The translations under genes and the position numbers were made by a program. Below, one piece after another: positions 15,878-26,350 of a stretch of 64,000 nucleotides of DNA; positions within the stretch are counted from its first letter, which is position 1; each line of letters begins with the position of its first letter. Under the pieces are notes generated by a model. That model was not told the DNA's origin, ran no database searches, and saw only the letters and a program-made list of their open reading frames with translations. This DNA comes from an uncultured Pseudomonadales bacterium (GTDB lineage: Bacteria; Patescibacteriota; Microgenomatia; UBA1400; Chazhemtobacteraceae): contig CAZUBK010000001.1 in assembly GCA_964618725.1 (NCBI GenBank), positions 2,079 through 66,078 of the forward strand. Direction: 5' to 3'.

Positions 15878-17281
15878 ATGATAGATAAAGAGATCTTTAG
15901 AGATAATGATATTAGGGGCATTTATCCAAAGGATTTGGATGAAGGGGTGATGTATAAACTGGGTCAGGCAATACCAGAGGTATTCAGGGTGAAGAAAGTG
16001 GCAATTGGACGGGATATGAGAGTTTCAGGTCCCTCATTAAGCCGGGCATTGGCGGATGGCTTATTGAGCCAAGGAGTGGATGTAGTTTTCTTGGGAATGA
16101 TTAGCACGCCGATGATGACTTTTGCCGCGGCAACGATGAATGTTGGTATGGCGGTGATAGTTTCTTCGTCGCATAATCCAAAAGACTACAATGGTCTCAT
16201 TTTAGCTAAGGACGGTGGAGTACCAACTTTGCCGGATGAGTTAGAAGATTTACTTTCTAAGGCACTCGCTCCAACAGAGAGGGCACAGGGTGAGCGAGGC
16301 AAGGAGAGTGAGACAAATATAGTGGATGTTTGGGTGGAGCACGTAATGAAGATGGTGGAGACAAAAAAAATCAAGACATTGAAAGTGGTGTTTGACGCGG
16401 GGAACAGTGTCGAGGCGGTTGAGTTGTCTCCGGTGCTTCGGCGAATGGCGCAAATCAAGTCAGAGAAGTTATATTTTGTTCCGGATGGCAGTTTTCCCAA
16501 TCATATTCCCAATCCCCTCTTATCGGAGACTTTAACTGATCTACGAAAGAAAGTGGTGGAGATAGGGGCGGACTTGGGGTTGGCCTACGATGGCGATGGA
16601 GATCGTGTGCTTATGGTGGATGAGAAGGGTGACATTGTACCGGGAAGTGAGATGACTGCGTTTTTGGCCAAACACATACTCTTGACTCATCAAGAGGAGC
16701 ATCCGGCGATGCTGTACACCGGAGTAATGAGTAAGATCGTGCCGGAGACGATCAAGAAATATGGCGGACGAGCGATCAAGGTGCACGTCGGTCACTCATT
16801 TATCAAGGAAAAGATGAGAAAGGAGAATGCGTTGTTTGCCGGGGAACACTCGGGTCATTTCTATTTTCGAGAAAACTTCTATTCTGATTCGGCCTTGGTG
16901 GCGACGCTTAAACTTTTTGAGGCGATTTCGAGGGGAGATGGACCGGTATCGAAGCAGTTGAGTGAGTTTAGGAAATATGCCAAACATGAGGAGATCTCGA
17001 TTGCCGTGACTGATCGCGAGAGATTTATTGCTATGATGGAGGAGGTCCTTGGGAGGAGAACCAGTAAACTGATAAAGCCGGAAAAGGTTAGTCACCGAGA
17101 TGGAGTGACTTTTGAGTTTGACGATTTTTGGTTCAATATAAGGCCCTCGGGAACTGAGCCGGTAGTGAGACTTAATCTTGAAGTCTACAAGAAGTCGGAG
17201 CTTGAGGAAAAGACAAAAACAATATTATCAATTGCAAAGAGCACTGGGCTCGTAACTAATGTTGTTCATACCCACTCTTGA
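15878..17281 (+). CDS. Phosphoglucomutase/phosphomannomutase (alpha-D-phosphohexomutase family)
   Basis: Active-site motif SSSHNPKDYNG, metal loop AYDGDGDRV and sugar-binding GEHSGH. The table ORF starts at a TTG (15857); the first ATG is at 15878. Confidence 0.8.
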   Translation: MIDKEIFRDNDIRGIYPKDLDEGVMYKLGQAIPEVFRVKKVAIGRDMRVSGPSLSRALADGLLSQGVDVVFLGMISTPMMTFAAATMNVGMAVIVSSSHNPKDYNGLILAKDGGVPTLPDELEDLLSKALAPTERAQGERGKESETNIVDVWVEHVMKMVETKKIKTLKVVFDAGNSVEAVELSPVLRRMAQIKSEKLYFVPDGSFPNHIPNPLLSETLTDLRKKVVEIGADLGLAYDGDGDRVLMVDEKGDIVPGSEMTAFLAKHILLTHQEEHPAMLYTGVMSKIVPETIKKYGGRAIKVHVGHSFIKEKMRKENALFAGEHSGHFYFRENFYSDSALVATLKLFEAISRGDGPVSKQLSEFRKYAKHEEISIAVTDRERFIAMMEEVLGRRTSKLIKPEKVSHRDGVTFEFDDFWFNIRPSGTEPVVRLNLEVYKKSELEEKTKTILSIAKSTGLVTNVVHTHS

Positions 17282-18335
17282 TTGGCAAGATAATTATAGA
17301 AAGGATAGGTCCGGCCTATATCAGGCGATCATTTCTTTGCCGGAACAGATAGCGTCCACTTGTGAGGAGATTTGTGAGCTTAAGCTGCCGGTATCGTACA
17401 AGCAAGTAAACAAAATTGTACTACTGGGAATGGGAGGTTCGGCTTTGGGGGCAAGAGCGGCTAATGGTTTATTGGAAGATCGGCTTAAGGTTCCCCTAAT
17501 TATTCAAAATGATGATCATTTGCCAGCATTTGTTGATGAAAAGACTTTGTTGATTTTGTCGAGTTACTCGGGTAATACGGACGAAGTATTACAAGTGGCG
17601 CATGAGGCAGAGAAAACAAAGGCACAGCTCTTTGTTATTGCTCATGGCGGGAAATTAAAGGAGTGGGCGATCAAGAAAGAGGTTCCCTACTACGGAATGG
17701 AGAGATTGGCGAATCCAGGAGGACAGCCAAGAATGGCAGTGGGACACAGCATCATGGGCTTGATTGATTTACTTAGGGTACTTGGATTGGTGGAAATGGA
17801 AGATAGAGAGATCGAGGGGGCGGTTGAGAAGTTGAAGAGCCTGGTTGAGCGATGGAAGAAAGAAGTCAAACTGGCCAAGAATCCAACCAAGAAATTGGCA
17901 ATGAGTCTTCTGGGTAAGGGTGTCATTATGATTAGCAGTCGACACCTCCGGGGGGCGGCCTATGTGTTCAAGAATCAATTGAACGAAAATGCCAAGACAT
18001 TTGCTGCTAGATTTGAGTTGCCTGAGCTAGGTCACCATCTACTGGAAGGACTGACTTACCCTCTGGAGCTTAAGGGTGAGTTGATGTTTTTGTTATTTGA
18101 TTCGGCTTTGTATGACGAGGGGATAAGGAGGAGAGTAAAAATAGTACAAGATATTGTGGGACAGCAAGGACACGAACTAATCAAGTTAGTACCTGAGTCG
18201 GAAAACCGGTTTTGTCAGATGTGGGAAGTAATCTTGTTTGGTGAATTTGTCAGTTTCTATCTAGCGATTCTAAACGGACTGGATCCGACGCCAATTCCAT
18301 GGGTGGATTACTTAAAGAAGAGGTTGGAAAAATAG
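17259..18335 (+). CDS. Bifunctional phosphoglucose/phosphomannose isomerase (SIS-domain, archaeal-type PGI/PMI)
   Basis: SIS motif VLLGMGGSALGARA. Length and two-SIS architecture fit the family. It overlaps the upstream gene by 23 nt. Confidence 0.65.
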   Translation: MLFIPTLDWQDNYRKDRSGLYQAIISLPEQIASTCEEICELKLPVSYKQVNKIVLLGMGGSALGARAANGLLEDRLKVPLIIQNDDHLPAFVDEKTLLILSSYSGNTDEVLQVAHEAEKTKAQLFVIAHGGKLKEWAIKKEVPYYGMERLANPGGQPRMAVGHSIMGLIDLLRVLGLVEMEDREIEGAVEKLKSLVERWKKEVKLAKNPTKKLAMSLLGKGVIMISSRHLRGAAYVFKNQLNENAKTFAARFELPELGHHLLEGLTYPLELKGELMFLLFDSALYDEGIRRRVKIVQDIVGQQGHELIKLVPESENRFCQMWEVILFGEFVSFYLAILNGLDPTPIPWVDYLKKRLEK

Positions 18336-18375
18336 ATATTTGAAAAAAAAGTGGATTTCTGAAAGACTGTAAGTA

Positions 18376-20649
18376 ATGCCCTGGACCCTACCCTTTTCTC
18401 AGATACGCAAAGACGATATCCCGCTGGTTGGAGGTAAAGGAGCGAATTTGGGAGAGATGGTGAGTGCCGGTTTTCCGGTCCCGGATGGATTTTGTATTAC
18501 AGCAGAGACTTATCGAGAAATGATCCGGTTTAACAAGTTTGAAGACAAGATTCGTGAGATTTTGAAGGGACTAGACGTTCACAACTCAAAGATGTTGGCA
18601 AAGAAAGCGGCATTAGTGAGAAAACTGATTGAAAGAGCCAATATTCCCACCGAGATTGTTCATGAGATTGCAAAAAGATATTGGTCTTTAAAAAGTAAGG
18701 AAAAAAACCCATTAGTGGCGGTTCGATCTTCGGCGACGGCGGAGGATTTGCCTGAGGCATCCTTTGCAGGGCAACAAGAGACATATCTAAATATAAGGGG
18801 GGAGACAGATGTGATTCAATCAGTACGAAAGGCTTGGGCGTCATTATTTGAGGCGAGGGCAATTTTTTATCGTGAAACTCAGGGGTTTGACCATTTTAAA
18901 GTGGCATTGGCGATACCGATACAGTTAATGGTTCAGTCTCATACTTCGGGAAACATCTTTACAATTAATCCGGTAACAAATAACAAAAATATTGTGGTGG
19001 TGGAATCAGTGTGGGGATTAGGTGAAATGATCGTGCAGGGAGCCGTAACACCGGATCATTATGAGGTTAATAAAGAGACTTTGGAGTTGTATTCACGGGT
19101 GGTCAATAGGCAGACAGTACAATTGATTAGGAAAGGAAAGGAGACAAAAAAGACGGGAGTGCCTAAGCCAGATCAGGAAAGGCAAAAATTGACGGAGGAG
19201 CAGATCATCACTTTGGCAAAATTAGGGATGAAACTGCAACAACATTACATGTTTCCCCAGGACATCGAGTGGGCAGAAGAGGAGGGGAAAATCTTCATAG
19301 TTCAGACGAGGCCGATTACGACAATCAAGGCAGCCGGAGAAGCGGCCAGACGGTCGATGACCTTAAATACGAAGGGGTTACAAGTAATTTTACGGGGGGA
19401 TAGTGCCTCACCAGGGATAGCGACAGGGACGGTTAGAATCCTTAAATCAGCGAGAGAGATCTCGAAGATACGAACAGGGGATATTTTGGTGGCACCGATG
19501 ACGACGCCTGATTTTGTGCCTGCAATGAAGCGAGCGGTGGCGATTGTAACGGATAAGGGTGGACAGACTTCACATGCGGCGATTGTGAGTCGAGAATTGG
19601 GATTGCCAGCGGTGGTAGGAACAGAGAAGGGAACGAAAAAACTGAAAGATAATCAGAAGATAACGGTGAACGGAACAACGGGAGAGATATTTGCTGGGAT
19701 AGCGGAGACGGTGGAGAATCACATTCTTAAGGAAACAAAACAAAGTGAGGAGATAGTGAAGACGGCGACAAAAGTCTATGTCAATTTGGGGGAGCCCGAG
19801 TTGGCGGGATCAGTGGCGAGCAAAGACGTCGATGGAGTGGGGTTACTGAGGGCAGAATTTATGATGGCCCAGATCGGGGTGCATCCCAAAAAGATGATTC
19901 ACGACAAGAAGGAAAGGATCTTTGTTGGTCAGTTGGCAGATGGACTCGAGAAGTTTTGTATGGCCTTTGGTTATCGACCAGTGATATACCGAGCCTCGGA
20001 CTTTAAGACTAATGAGTATCGGAGTCTCATTGGGGGCAAGGCATTTGAGCCAGAAGAAGCCAATCCAATGTTGGGCTACCGAGGAGCATATCGCTACATT
20101 ACCGATCAGCGGGTGTTTGACTTGGAGCTGGAAGCCATCAAAGAAGTAAGAAACAAGCGAGGGCATAAGAATCTTCATTTGATGGTGCCTTTTGTCCACA
20201 CGGTGGATGAATTAGTGAAAGTGAAGCGAATTATAACCGCGGCGGGATTGAGTCGAGGGCCAAATTTTAAGCTATTTATGATGGTGGAGATACCAAGCAA
20301 TGTGATATTACTTGAGCAATTTGCGGCAGTGGGAATTGATGGAATCAGTATTGGGAGTAACGATCTGACAATGTTGACGCTGGGAGTAGATCGGGACAAC
20401 GAAGCATTAGTGGCAGTTTATGACGAGCGTAATCCGGCGGTAATGTGGATGCTTGAGACGGCGATAAAAAAGGCAACAAAGCTGGGACTATTAGCGGGGA
20501 TCTGTGGTCAGGCGCCTAGTGTGTATCCAGAACTAACGAGAAAATTGGTGGAATGGGGAATAACTAGTATTTCGGTGTCCCCGGATGTAATCGAGAGAAC
20601 GAGGCGGATTGTGGCAGAGGCGGAGAAAGATGTAGTGAGGAAAAGATAA
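18376..20649 (+). CDS. ppsA: Phosphoenolpyruvate synthase (pyruvate, water dikinase)
   Basis: GGKGANLGEM (ATP-grasp), the phospho-His domain GGQTSHAAIVSRELGLPAVVG, and the PEP-utilising C-terminal NDLTMLTLGVDRDN. Confidence 0.8.
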   Translation: MPWTLPFSQIRKDDIPLVGGKGANLGEMVSAGFPVPDGFCITAETYREMIRFNKFEDKIREILKGLDVHNSKMLAKKAALVRKLIERANIPTEIVHEIAKRYWSLKSKEKNPLVAVRSSATAEDLPEASFAGQQETYLNIRGETDVIQSVRKAWASLFEARAIFYRETQGFDHFKVALAIPIQLMVQSHTSGNIFTINPVTNNKNIVVVESVWGLGEMIVQGAVTPDHYEVNKETLELYSRVVNRQTVQLIRKGKETKKTGVPKPDQERQKLTEEQIITLAKLGMKLQQHYMFPQDIEWAEEEGKIFIVQTRPITTIKAAGEAARRSMTLNTKGLQVILRGDSASPGIATGTVRILKSAREISKIRTGDILVAPMTTPDFVPAMKRAVAIVTDKGGQTSHAAIVSRELGLPAVVGTEKGTKKLKDNQKITVNGTTGEIFAGIAETVENHILKETKQSEEIVKTATKVYVNLGEPELAGSVASKDVDGVGLLRAEFMMAQIGVHPKKMIHDKKERIFVGQLADGLEKFCMAFGYRPVIYRASDFKTNEYRSLIGGKAFEPEEANPMLGYRGAYRYITDQRVFDLELEAIKEVRNKRGHKNLHLMVPFVHTVDELVKVKRIITAAGLSRGPNFKLFMMVEIPSNVILLEQFAAVGIDGISIGSNDLTMLTLGVDRDNEALVAVYDERNPAVMWMLETAIKKATKLGLLAGICGQAPSVYPELTRKLVEWGITSISVSPDVIERTRRIVAEAEKDVVRKR

Positions 20650-20674
20650 TTACCCTTGTGTTACACTCATTTTA

Positions 20675-21943
20675 ATGGCAAAGATAAAGTCGGTTCGGGC
20701 ACGGGAAATCCTAGACTCACGAGGGAATCCGACGATAGAGACGACAGTGTGGTCGGATACTGGTCAGGCGGCAGTGGCTTCGATCCCTTCGGGAGCTTCG
20801 ACGGGAAAATATGAGGCCTTGGAGCTTCGGGATGAAGACCAGAATCGGTTTAAGGGAATGGGGGTGCTCAAAGCTGTAGATAATGTAAACAAGATAATCG
20901 CGCCAAAACTTTTGGGTATGGATCCCCTATTTCAGACAAAGATTGACAAAATGTTGGTTGATTTAGATGGGACAGACAATAAGTCAAAGTTGGGAGCCAA
21001 TGCGATTTTGTCTGTTTCCCAGGCAGTTTGTGAGTTGGGAGCGGTTCTAACTAAACGACCGATCTTCAGATATTTAGCGGAAAAATATGATCTGGCGTTG
21101 CCAACAGCAGCAACGATACCTACACCGATCTTTAATTTGATAAACGGAGGAAAACATGGGGCGGGAAATAATCTAGATTTTCAAGAATTTCATATTATTC
21201 CTTCGTCTCGACAGAGCTTCACGCAAGCGCTGGCGATGGGGGATGTGATTTATCAGACGCTGAAGGGAGCCTTAATCAAGCGAAACGCCGTCTATTCTGT
21301 AGGTGATGAAGGCGGGTTTGCGCCTAATCTGTATACCAATTCGGACGCTTTGGCTCTATTGGTTGAGGCGATAAATGGGAGTAATTATATATTGGGTAAG
21401 GATGTGTTTATGGGACTGGATACAGCAGCGAATAGTTTCTACAAAGATGGACGATATGCGATTAAGGATAAAGGGCAACCTCTGACTTCAGAGGAGATGA
21501 TTGAGTTTTATCTTCAGCTCAACAAAGAGTATCAACTTTTAGAGTTGGAGGATCCGTTGCATGAGGACGATTTTGATGGTTGGACCAAGTTGACGGTGGA
21601 GCTGGGCAAAGCGACGATGGTGGTGGGGGACGATTTGCTAGTGACGAACAAAAAAAGACTATTGAAGGCGATCGAGAAGAGAGCGTGCAACACTATTCTG
21701 GTCAAACCAAACCAGATTGGGACGATCTCGGAGACGGTGGAAGTTATCAAAATTGCCAAAGAGCAAGGTATGAGCGTGATATCTTCACATCGCTCGGGAG
21801 AGACAACAGATGATTTTATTGCCGACTTTGCGGTGGGAACGGGAAGTAACTATGTTAAGTTTGGGGCACCGGCTCGAGGTGAGCGAGTGGTGAAATACAA
21901 TCGTTTGATGGCAATTGAAGAAATGTTAAATGAAGGCTTTTGA
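20675..21943 (+). CDS. eno: Enolase
   Basis: MAKIKSVRAREILDSRGNPTIE plus the classical enolase motifs (SHRSGETED-like SHRSGETTD). Confidence 0.9.
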   Translation: MAKIKSVRAREILDSRGNPTIETTVWSDTGQAAVASIPSGASTGKYEALELRDEDQNRFKGMGVLKAVDNVNKIIAPKLLGMDPLFQTKIDKMLVDLDGTDNKSKLGANAILSVSQAVCELGAVLTKRPIFRYLAEKYDLALPTAATIPTPIFNLINGGKHGAGNNLDFQEFHIIPSSRQSFTQALAMGDVIYQTLKGALIKRNAVYSVGDEGGFAPNLYTNSDALALLVEAINGSNYILGKDVFMGLDTAANSFYKDGRYAIKDKGQPLTSEEMIEFYLQLNKEYQLLELEDPLHEDDFDGWTKLTVELGKATMVVGDDLLVTNKKRLLKAIEKRACNTILVKPNQIGTISETVEVIKIAKEQGMSVISSHRSGETTDDFIADFAVGTGSNYVKFGAPARGERVVKYNRLMAIEEMLNEGF

Positions 21944-23582
21944 TATGTTAGACTCTGCCGCTCATTCTAATTCTCCAGTTGTATTACTTGTTTTGGATGG
22001 ATGGGGATTGGCTCCAGCAGGAACGGGAAATGTGATTACGGAAAAGACAGCTCCGAATATGTTTTCTCTTATACAGGAGTATCCGAGTACAAAGTTGGCA
22101 GCGGCGGGGGAAGCCGTTGGATTACCACCAGGTGAAGATGGTAACTCAGAGGTGGGGCATTGGAACTTGGGGGCAGGTAGGATTGTGGTGCAGTCACAAC
22201 CAAGAATTAATTTATCGATTGTGGATGGAAGCTTTTTTAACAATAAAGCTTTTTTGGCAGCGGTGAAACAAGTAAAAGAGAAAAAGGGTAGTTTACATTT
22301 GATGGGATTGATTGGTTCGGGGCAAGTACATGCGTACTATGAGCACCTATTAGCTTTGCTATATTTAGCAAAGAAAAATGAGATAGAGCGGGTATATTTA
22401 CATCTATTTACTGACGGTAGAGATTCTTCACCTAATGGGGCTCTGCCGATGATCAAACGTTTGGAGGATGAATTAAGGAGACTTGGGATTGGCAAAATTG
22501 TGACAATAATGGGACGATACTTTGCGATGGATCGGGATCTGAGATGGGAGAGAACTAAAATGGCATATGAGGCATTAACAGAGGCGGATGGGGTAATTGC
22601 GGCTGATCCGATATCAGCAATCGAGGAGAGTTATAAGCTGGGAGTGACTGATGAATTTATTAAGCCGGTGCAAGTTGGTGACAATCGAGCGGAGACGAGA
22701 ATAAAAGAAGGAGATAGTGTAATCTTTTTTAACTTTCGGGTAGACCGACCGAGGCAATTAACCAAAGCGTTCGTAATGCCAGATTTTGAGACGACGGCAA
22801 TGGTGATTCGTGGTTTTGACCCATACGAGACAGAAGTTCATCAGAAACATATTCACGCCACCCCGTTTAATACTCCCTTTCAGAGGAAGATAAAACTTAA
22901 TGATTTGGTTTTTGTGACGATGACGGAATATGAATCGGGACTACCAGTAGAAGAAGCATTTCCGATAACGCCGGTTGGACAAAATCTAAGTGAAGTTGTT
23001 TCATTGGCAGGACTAAAACAATTAAAGATAGCCGAAACGGAGAAAGAGCGGTTTGTAACTCATTGTATTAATTGTGGAAAAGACAATGCATACCCGGGGG
23101 AAGATCGATTAATTGTCCCTTCGCCTAATGTGGCAACTTACGATCTACAACCGGAGATGGCAACACCAAGTATCGTTCAAGCGGTGGTGGGTAAGCTGGG
23201 ACGAAACAACTACAGTTTGTTTGTGGTGAACATAGCTTGTCCGGATATGGTGGCACATACAGGAAATATAGAGGCGACTCAGGCGGCAATTGTGGCAGCT
23301 GATAAAGCGGTGCGGGAAATTGCTGATGCTGTTTTGGCGAGAAATGGGTTGTTAATGGTCACGGCGGATCACGGTAACGCTGAAGAATTGGTCAACTTGC
23401 GTGACAATTTACCAGATACAGAACACTCAACTAATCCAGTTCCTTTGATTTTAGTATCAAAGGTTTTGAAGGAACAAAAGATTGAACTGCGGGAAGGAGT
23501 ATTAGCTGATGTGGCGCCGACTATTTTGAAGTACTTGGGAATAGAGAAACCAATCGAAATGACTGGACAAGCGCTTTATTAA
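21930..23582 (+). CDS. gpmI: 2,3-bisphosphoglycerate-independent phosphoglycerate mutase
   Basis: VVLLVLDGWG at the N-terminus and the metalloenzyme C-terminal TADHGNAE. It overlaps eno by 14 nt. Confidence 0.85.
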   Translation: MKAFDMLDSAAHSNSPVVLLVLDGWGLAPAGTGNVITEKTAPNMFSLIQEYPSTKLAAAGEAVGLPPGEDGNSEVGHWNLGAGRIVVQSQPRINLSIVDGSFFNNKAFLAAVKQVKEKKGSLHLMGLIGSGQVHAYYEHLLALLYLAKKNEIERVYLHLFTDGRDSSPNGALPMIKRLEDELRRLGIGKIVTIMGRYFAMDRDLRWERTKMAYEALTEADGVIAADPISAIEESYKLGVTDEFIKPVQVGDNRAETRIKEGDSVIFFNFRVDRPRQLTKAFVMPDFETTAMVIRGFDPYETEVHQKHIHATPFNTPFQRKIKLNDLVFVTMTEYESGLPVEEAFPITPVGQNLSEVVSLAGLKQLKIAETEKERFVTHCINCGKDNAYPGEDRLIVPSPNVATYDLQPEMATPSIVQAVVGKLGRNNYSLFVVNIACPDMVAHTGNIEATQAAIVAADKAVREIADAVLARNGLLMVTADHGNAEELVNLRDNLPDTEHSTNPVPLILVSKVLKEQKIELREGVLADVAPTILKYLGIEKPIEMTGQALY

Positions 23583-23599
23583 ACCGCTACTATGAAGAG

Positions 23600-25309
23600 A
23601 TGGAGATAACGACAATTAAGGTTGAAGAGAAGAAATTGGGTTTTGAACCAAATCTAAAAAACTACCAAAGAATATATCAGGGATTTGATTGGAAGGAAGT
23701 AGAAAAGGAGTTAGATTTCTTCGAGGGGGGCAAGTTTAACGCGGCCTACAATGCAATCGAGCGCCATGCTCAGAGTGAGCTTAAAAACAAAGTGGCGTTG
23801 TATTGGATTTCTGATGACGGGACGGAAGGGAAAAAGTTTACCTTTAACGAGATAAATCGATTGGCAAACAAATTTGCCAATTTGTTGTTGAACTTGGGGG
23901 TGGATCGTGGAGATCGAGTGTTTATTTTCCTACCTCGAGTCCCAGAGCTTTATTTTGGATTCTTAGGGATCCTGAAAACTGGCGCTATTGCCGGGACTTT
24001 GTTTAGTGCTTTTCAGGAACAGGCATTATTTGATCGACTAGGAAATAGTGGAGCGAAGGTATTACTGACCAGTAAGGAGTTACTGTCTCGAGTAGCGAGT
24101 GTGAGACGCAAGCTACCAGCTTTGAAGCATGTGATTCTGATTGACGATCTGGCAAAGAAATTGGGGAAAGAGAGTGGTGAGTTTAAGACACGAAAAATGA
24201 ACCTAGATGACCCGGCGTTTATGTTGTATACCTCGGGGACGACGGGCAAGCCAAAGGGAGTGATTCATGTTCATCGAGCGCTGATACATCAATATATGAC
24301 AGCGAAGTACGTATTAGATCTTAAGAGTGACGATGTGTACTGGTGTACTGCTGATCCGGGTTGGGTGACGGGTATTGCTTACGAGATCTTGGGTAACTGG
24401 GCACTGGGAGTCTCGACCGTTGTCTATGCAGGGCGATTTGATCCGGCGACTTGGTATAGCGTAATTGATAGTTATGGAGTTACGGTTTGGTACAGTGCAC
24501 CAACGGCAATTCGATTGCTTCAGGCGGCAGGTGACAAATTGGTGAAAAAGTATTCTCTTTCAAGTCTGAGACACTTGTGTTCGGTTGGTGAGCCACTTAA
24601 CCCGGAACCGATTAAGTGGAGTCTTAGAGTCTTTGGCAAACCGTTCCATGATACTTGGTGGCAGACGGAGACGGGAGGAATGATGATAACCAACTATCCT
24701 GGTATGCCACTCAAAGTAGGTTCGATGGGAAGGCCGGTACCGGGTGTAGTGGCGGGGATAATTGATGAAAAAGGAAATGAGGTAAAGCCATTAGTGGAGG
24801 GTGATTTGGCAGTAAAGAAGGGTTGGCCATCGATGATGAGCACCATTTGGCGAAGGCCTAAAAAGTATAAATCATATTTTATAAAGGCATGGTATGTTTC
24901 GGGAGACCGGGCGTACAAGGATCGTGATGGCTACTTTTGGTTTGTGGGACGAGCTGATGATGTGATCAAAACGTCAGGAGAGAGAGTTGGACCCTTTGAG
25001 GTAGAATCAGCCTTGGTAGCTCATGAGAGCGTGGTGGAAGCGGGAGTAATCGGCAAACCGGACCCAATTAGAGGTCAAATAGTGAAGGCATTTGTAGTAT
25101 TGAAGACAGGTATTAGGGAAACGGAAGAGCTAAAGGCAGAGTTGTCAGAATATGTGAAGAAACACCTGGCCGGACACTCATATCCTAGGGAGATTGAATT
25201 TATTGACCACCTGCCCAAGACGAGATCGGGAAAAATCGTGAGAAGAATGCTGAGGGCCAGGGAACTAGGATTGCCGCTTGGGGATACAAGTACGCTTGAG
25301 GATCACTAA
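23600..25309 (+). CDS. AMP-forming acyl/acetyl-CoA synthetase (Acs-like)
   Basis: AMP-binding signature YTSGTTGKPKGV and TWWQTETGG. The C-terminal RTRSGKIVRR is typical of Acs-family ligases. Confidence 0.75.
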   Translation: MEITTIKVEEKKLGFEPNLKNYQRIYQGFDWKEVEKELDFFEGGKFNAAYNAIERHAQSELKNKVALYWISDDGTEGKKFTFNEINRLANKFANLLLNLGVDRGDRVFIFLPRVPELYFGFLGILKTGAIAGTLFSAFQEQALFDRLGNSGAKVLLTSKELLSRVASVRRKLPALKHVILIDDLAKKLGKESGEFKTRKMNLDDPAFMLYTSGTTGKPKGVIHVHRALIHQYMTAKYVLDLKSDDVYWCTADPGWVTGIAYEILGNWALGVSTVVYAGRFDPATWYSVIDSYGVTVWYSAPTAIRLLQAAGDKLVKKYSLSSLRHLCSVGEPLNPEPIKWSLRVFGKPFHDTWWQTETGGMMITNYPGMPLKVGSMGRPVPGVVAGIIDEKGNEVKPLVEGDLAVKKGWPSMMSTIWRRPKKYKSYFIKAWYVSGDRAYKDRDGYFWFVGRADDVIKTSGERVGPFEVESALVAHESVVEAGVIGKPDPIRGQIVKAFVVLKTGIRETEELKAELSEYVKKHLAGHSYPREIEFIDHLPKTRSGKIVRRMLRARELGLPLGDTSTLEDH

Positions 25310-26005
25310 TCATTGAGTTCTTATTAATATCACATATTCCCCTCTTAAGCGGGTTTTGGATAGTTTAAGGATCAGATCGGAGAGACTACCTCTATGTAGA
25401 GTTTGATGGTTTTTAGTAAGCTCCGAGGCAACGACACAAGGTAGGACGCCTAGCTTGGAGTGGATTTCCTCTAGAGTTTTGACGACACGTTGTGGGGCTT
25501 CATAGATAGTAATAGTGAGACCGGTTTCGAGATTCTTGATATCTTGCCAGAGTTTGTTTCGTTTGGCCGTCTTTTTGGGCAAAAACCCTAAGAAAAGGAC
25601 GCGGTCGGAAGAGAAGCCTGAGAGGGCCAGGGCAGTAGTAGCAGCGGTAGAGCCAGGAATGGTATCGATCTCACCACCACTTTCAATGACGGAGTTAACT
25701 AGATGAAAACCGGGATCAGAAAAGGCGGGCATACCGGCATCACTGACAAGTATAGGATAGATTGCTTGTTTTAGGTCCTCGAGTATTTGTGGGAGACGGT
25801 CTTTTTCGTGGAACTCGTTGATGACCTTCAGTTTGCCGATGAAGGGATGTGAGAGATAACCTTCGTGAAGAAGCTTGGAATAGAGCTTGTGAAAGACCCG
25901 GGTATCTTCACAAATAACCAGATCAGTCTGATTGAGAGCACGGAGAGCACGCAATGAGATATCCAAGTGATTACCGAGAGGGAGTCCGACTAAAGTTAAT
26001 TTCAT
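25310..26005 (-). CDS. rsmI: 16S rRNA (cytidine1402-2'-O)-methyltransferase RsmI
   Basis: LTLVGLPLGN ... DLVICEDTR is the tetrapyrrole-methylase-fold RsmI signature. Confidence 0.8.
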   Translation of the reverse strand: MKLTLVGLPLGNHLDISLRALRALNQTDLVICEDTRVFHKLYSKLLHEGYLSHPFIGKLKVINEFHEKDRLPQILEDLKQAIYPILVSDAGMPAFSDPGFHLVNSVIESGGEIDTIPGSTAATTALALSGFSSDRVLFLGFLPKKTAKRNKLWQDIKNLETGLTITIYEAPQRVVKTLEEIHSKLGVLPCVVASELTKNHQTLHRGSLSDLILKLSKTRLRGEYVILIRTQ

Positions 26006-26057
26006 GGGTGTATTTTACTACTTTTTCTGATAAAATATATATAAGATACTTTGAAAA

Positions 26058-26294
26058 TTGAAAGGACGCAAGATGAACCAGATCTTTAATGTGGTAGAGG
26101 AAATAACGAAGAGGCTAGCACTTTTAGAGTTGGGATCTGATTTGACGATTGTTTTACCAAATGACATACCTGAAGCAACTGTTAGATCGATTGCTTTTGA
26201 GTTGTCGTTGCTGTCTGTGAGATCGTTAACGATAATCGTGGATAAGAACAAGTTGATAGTCTACTTGTCGAGCGGAAAGGGGTCAAAAGAATGA
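26058..26294 (+). CDS. Small hypothetical protein (78 aa)
   Basis: ATG ORF followed by a strong terminator. No recognisable motifs. Confidence 0.3.
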   Translation: MKGRKMNQIFNVVEEITKRLALLELGSDLTIVLPNDIPEATVRSIAFELSLLSVRSLTIIVDKNKLIVYLSSGKGSKE

Positions 26295-26315
26295 CAGGGG
26301 AATATTAATAGTTAG

Positions 26316-26342
26316 AAAACCGGGAATATTTCCCGGTTTTTT
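26316..26342 (+). terminator. Rho-independent terminator
   Basis: AAAACCGGGAATATTTCCCGGTTTTTT: a perfect 6-bp GC stem followed by a T run. Confidence 0.6.
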
Positions 26343-26350
26343 GTATACTG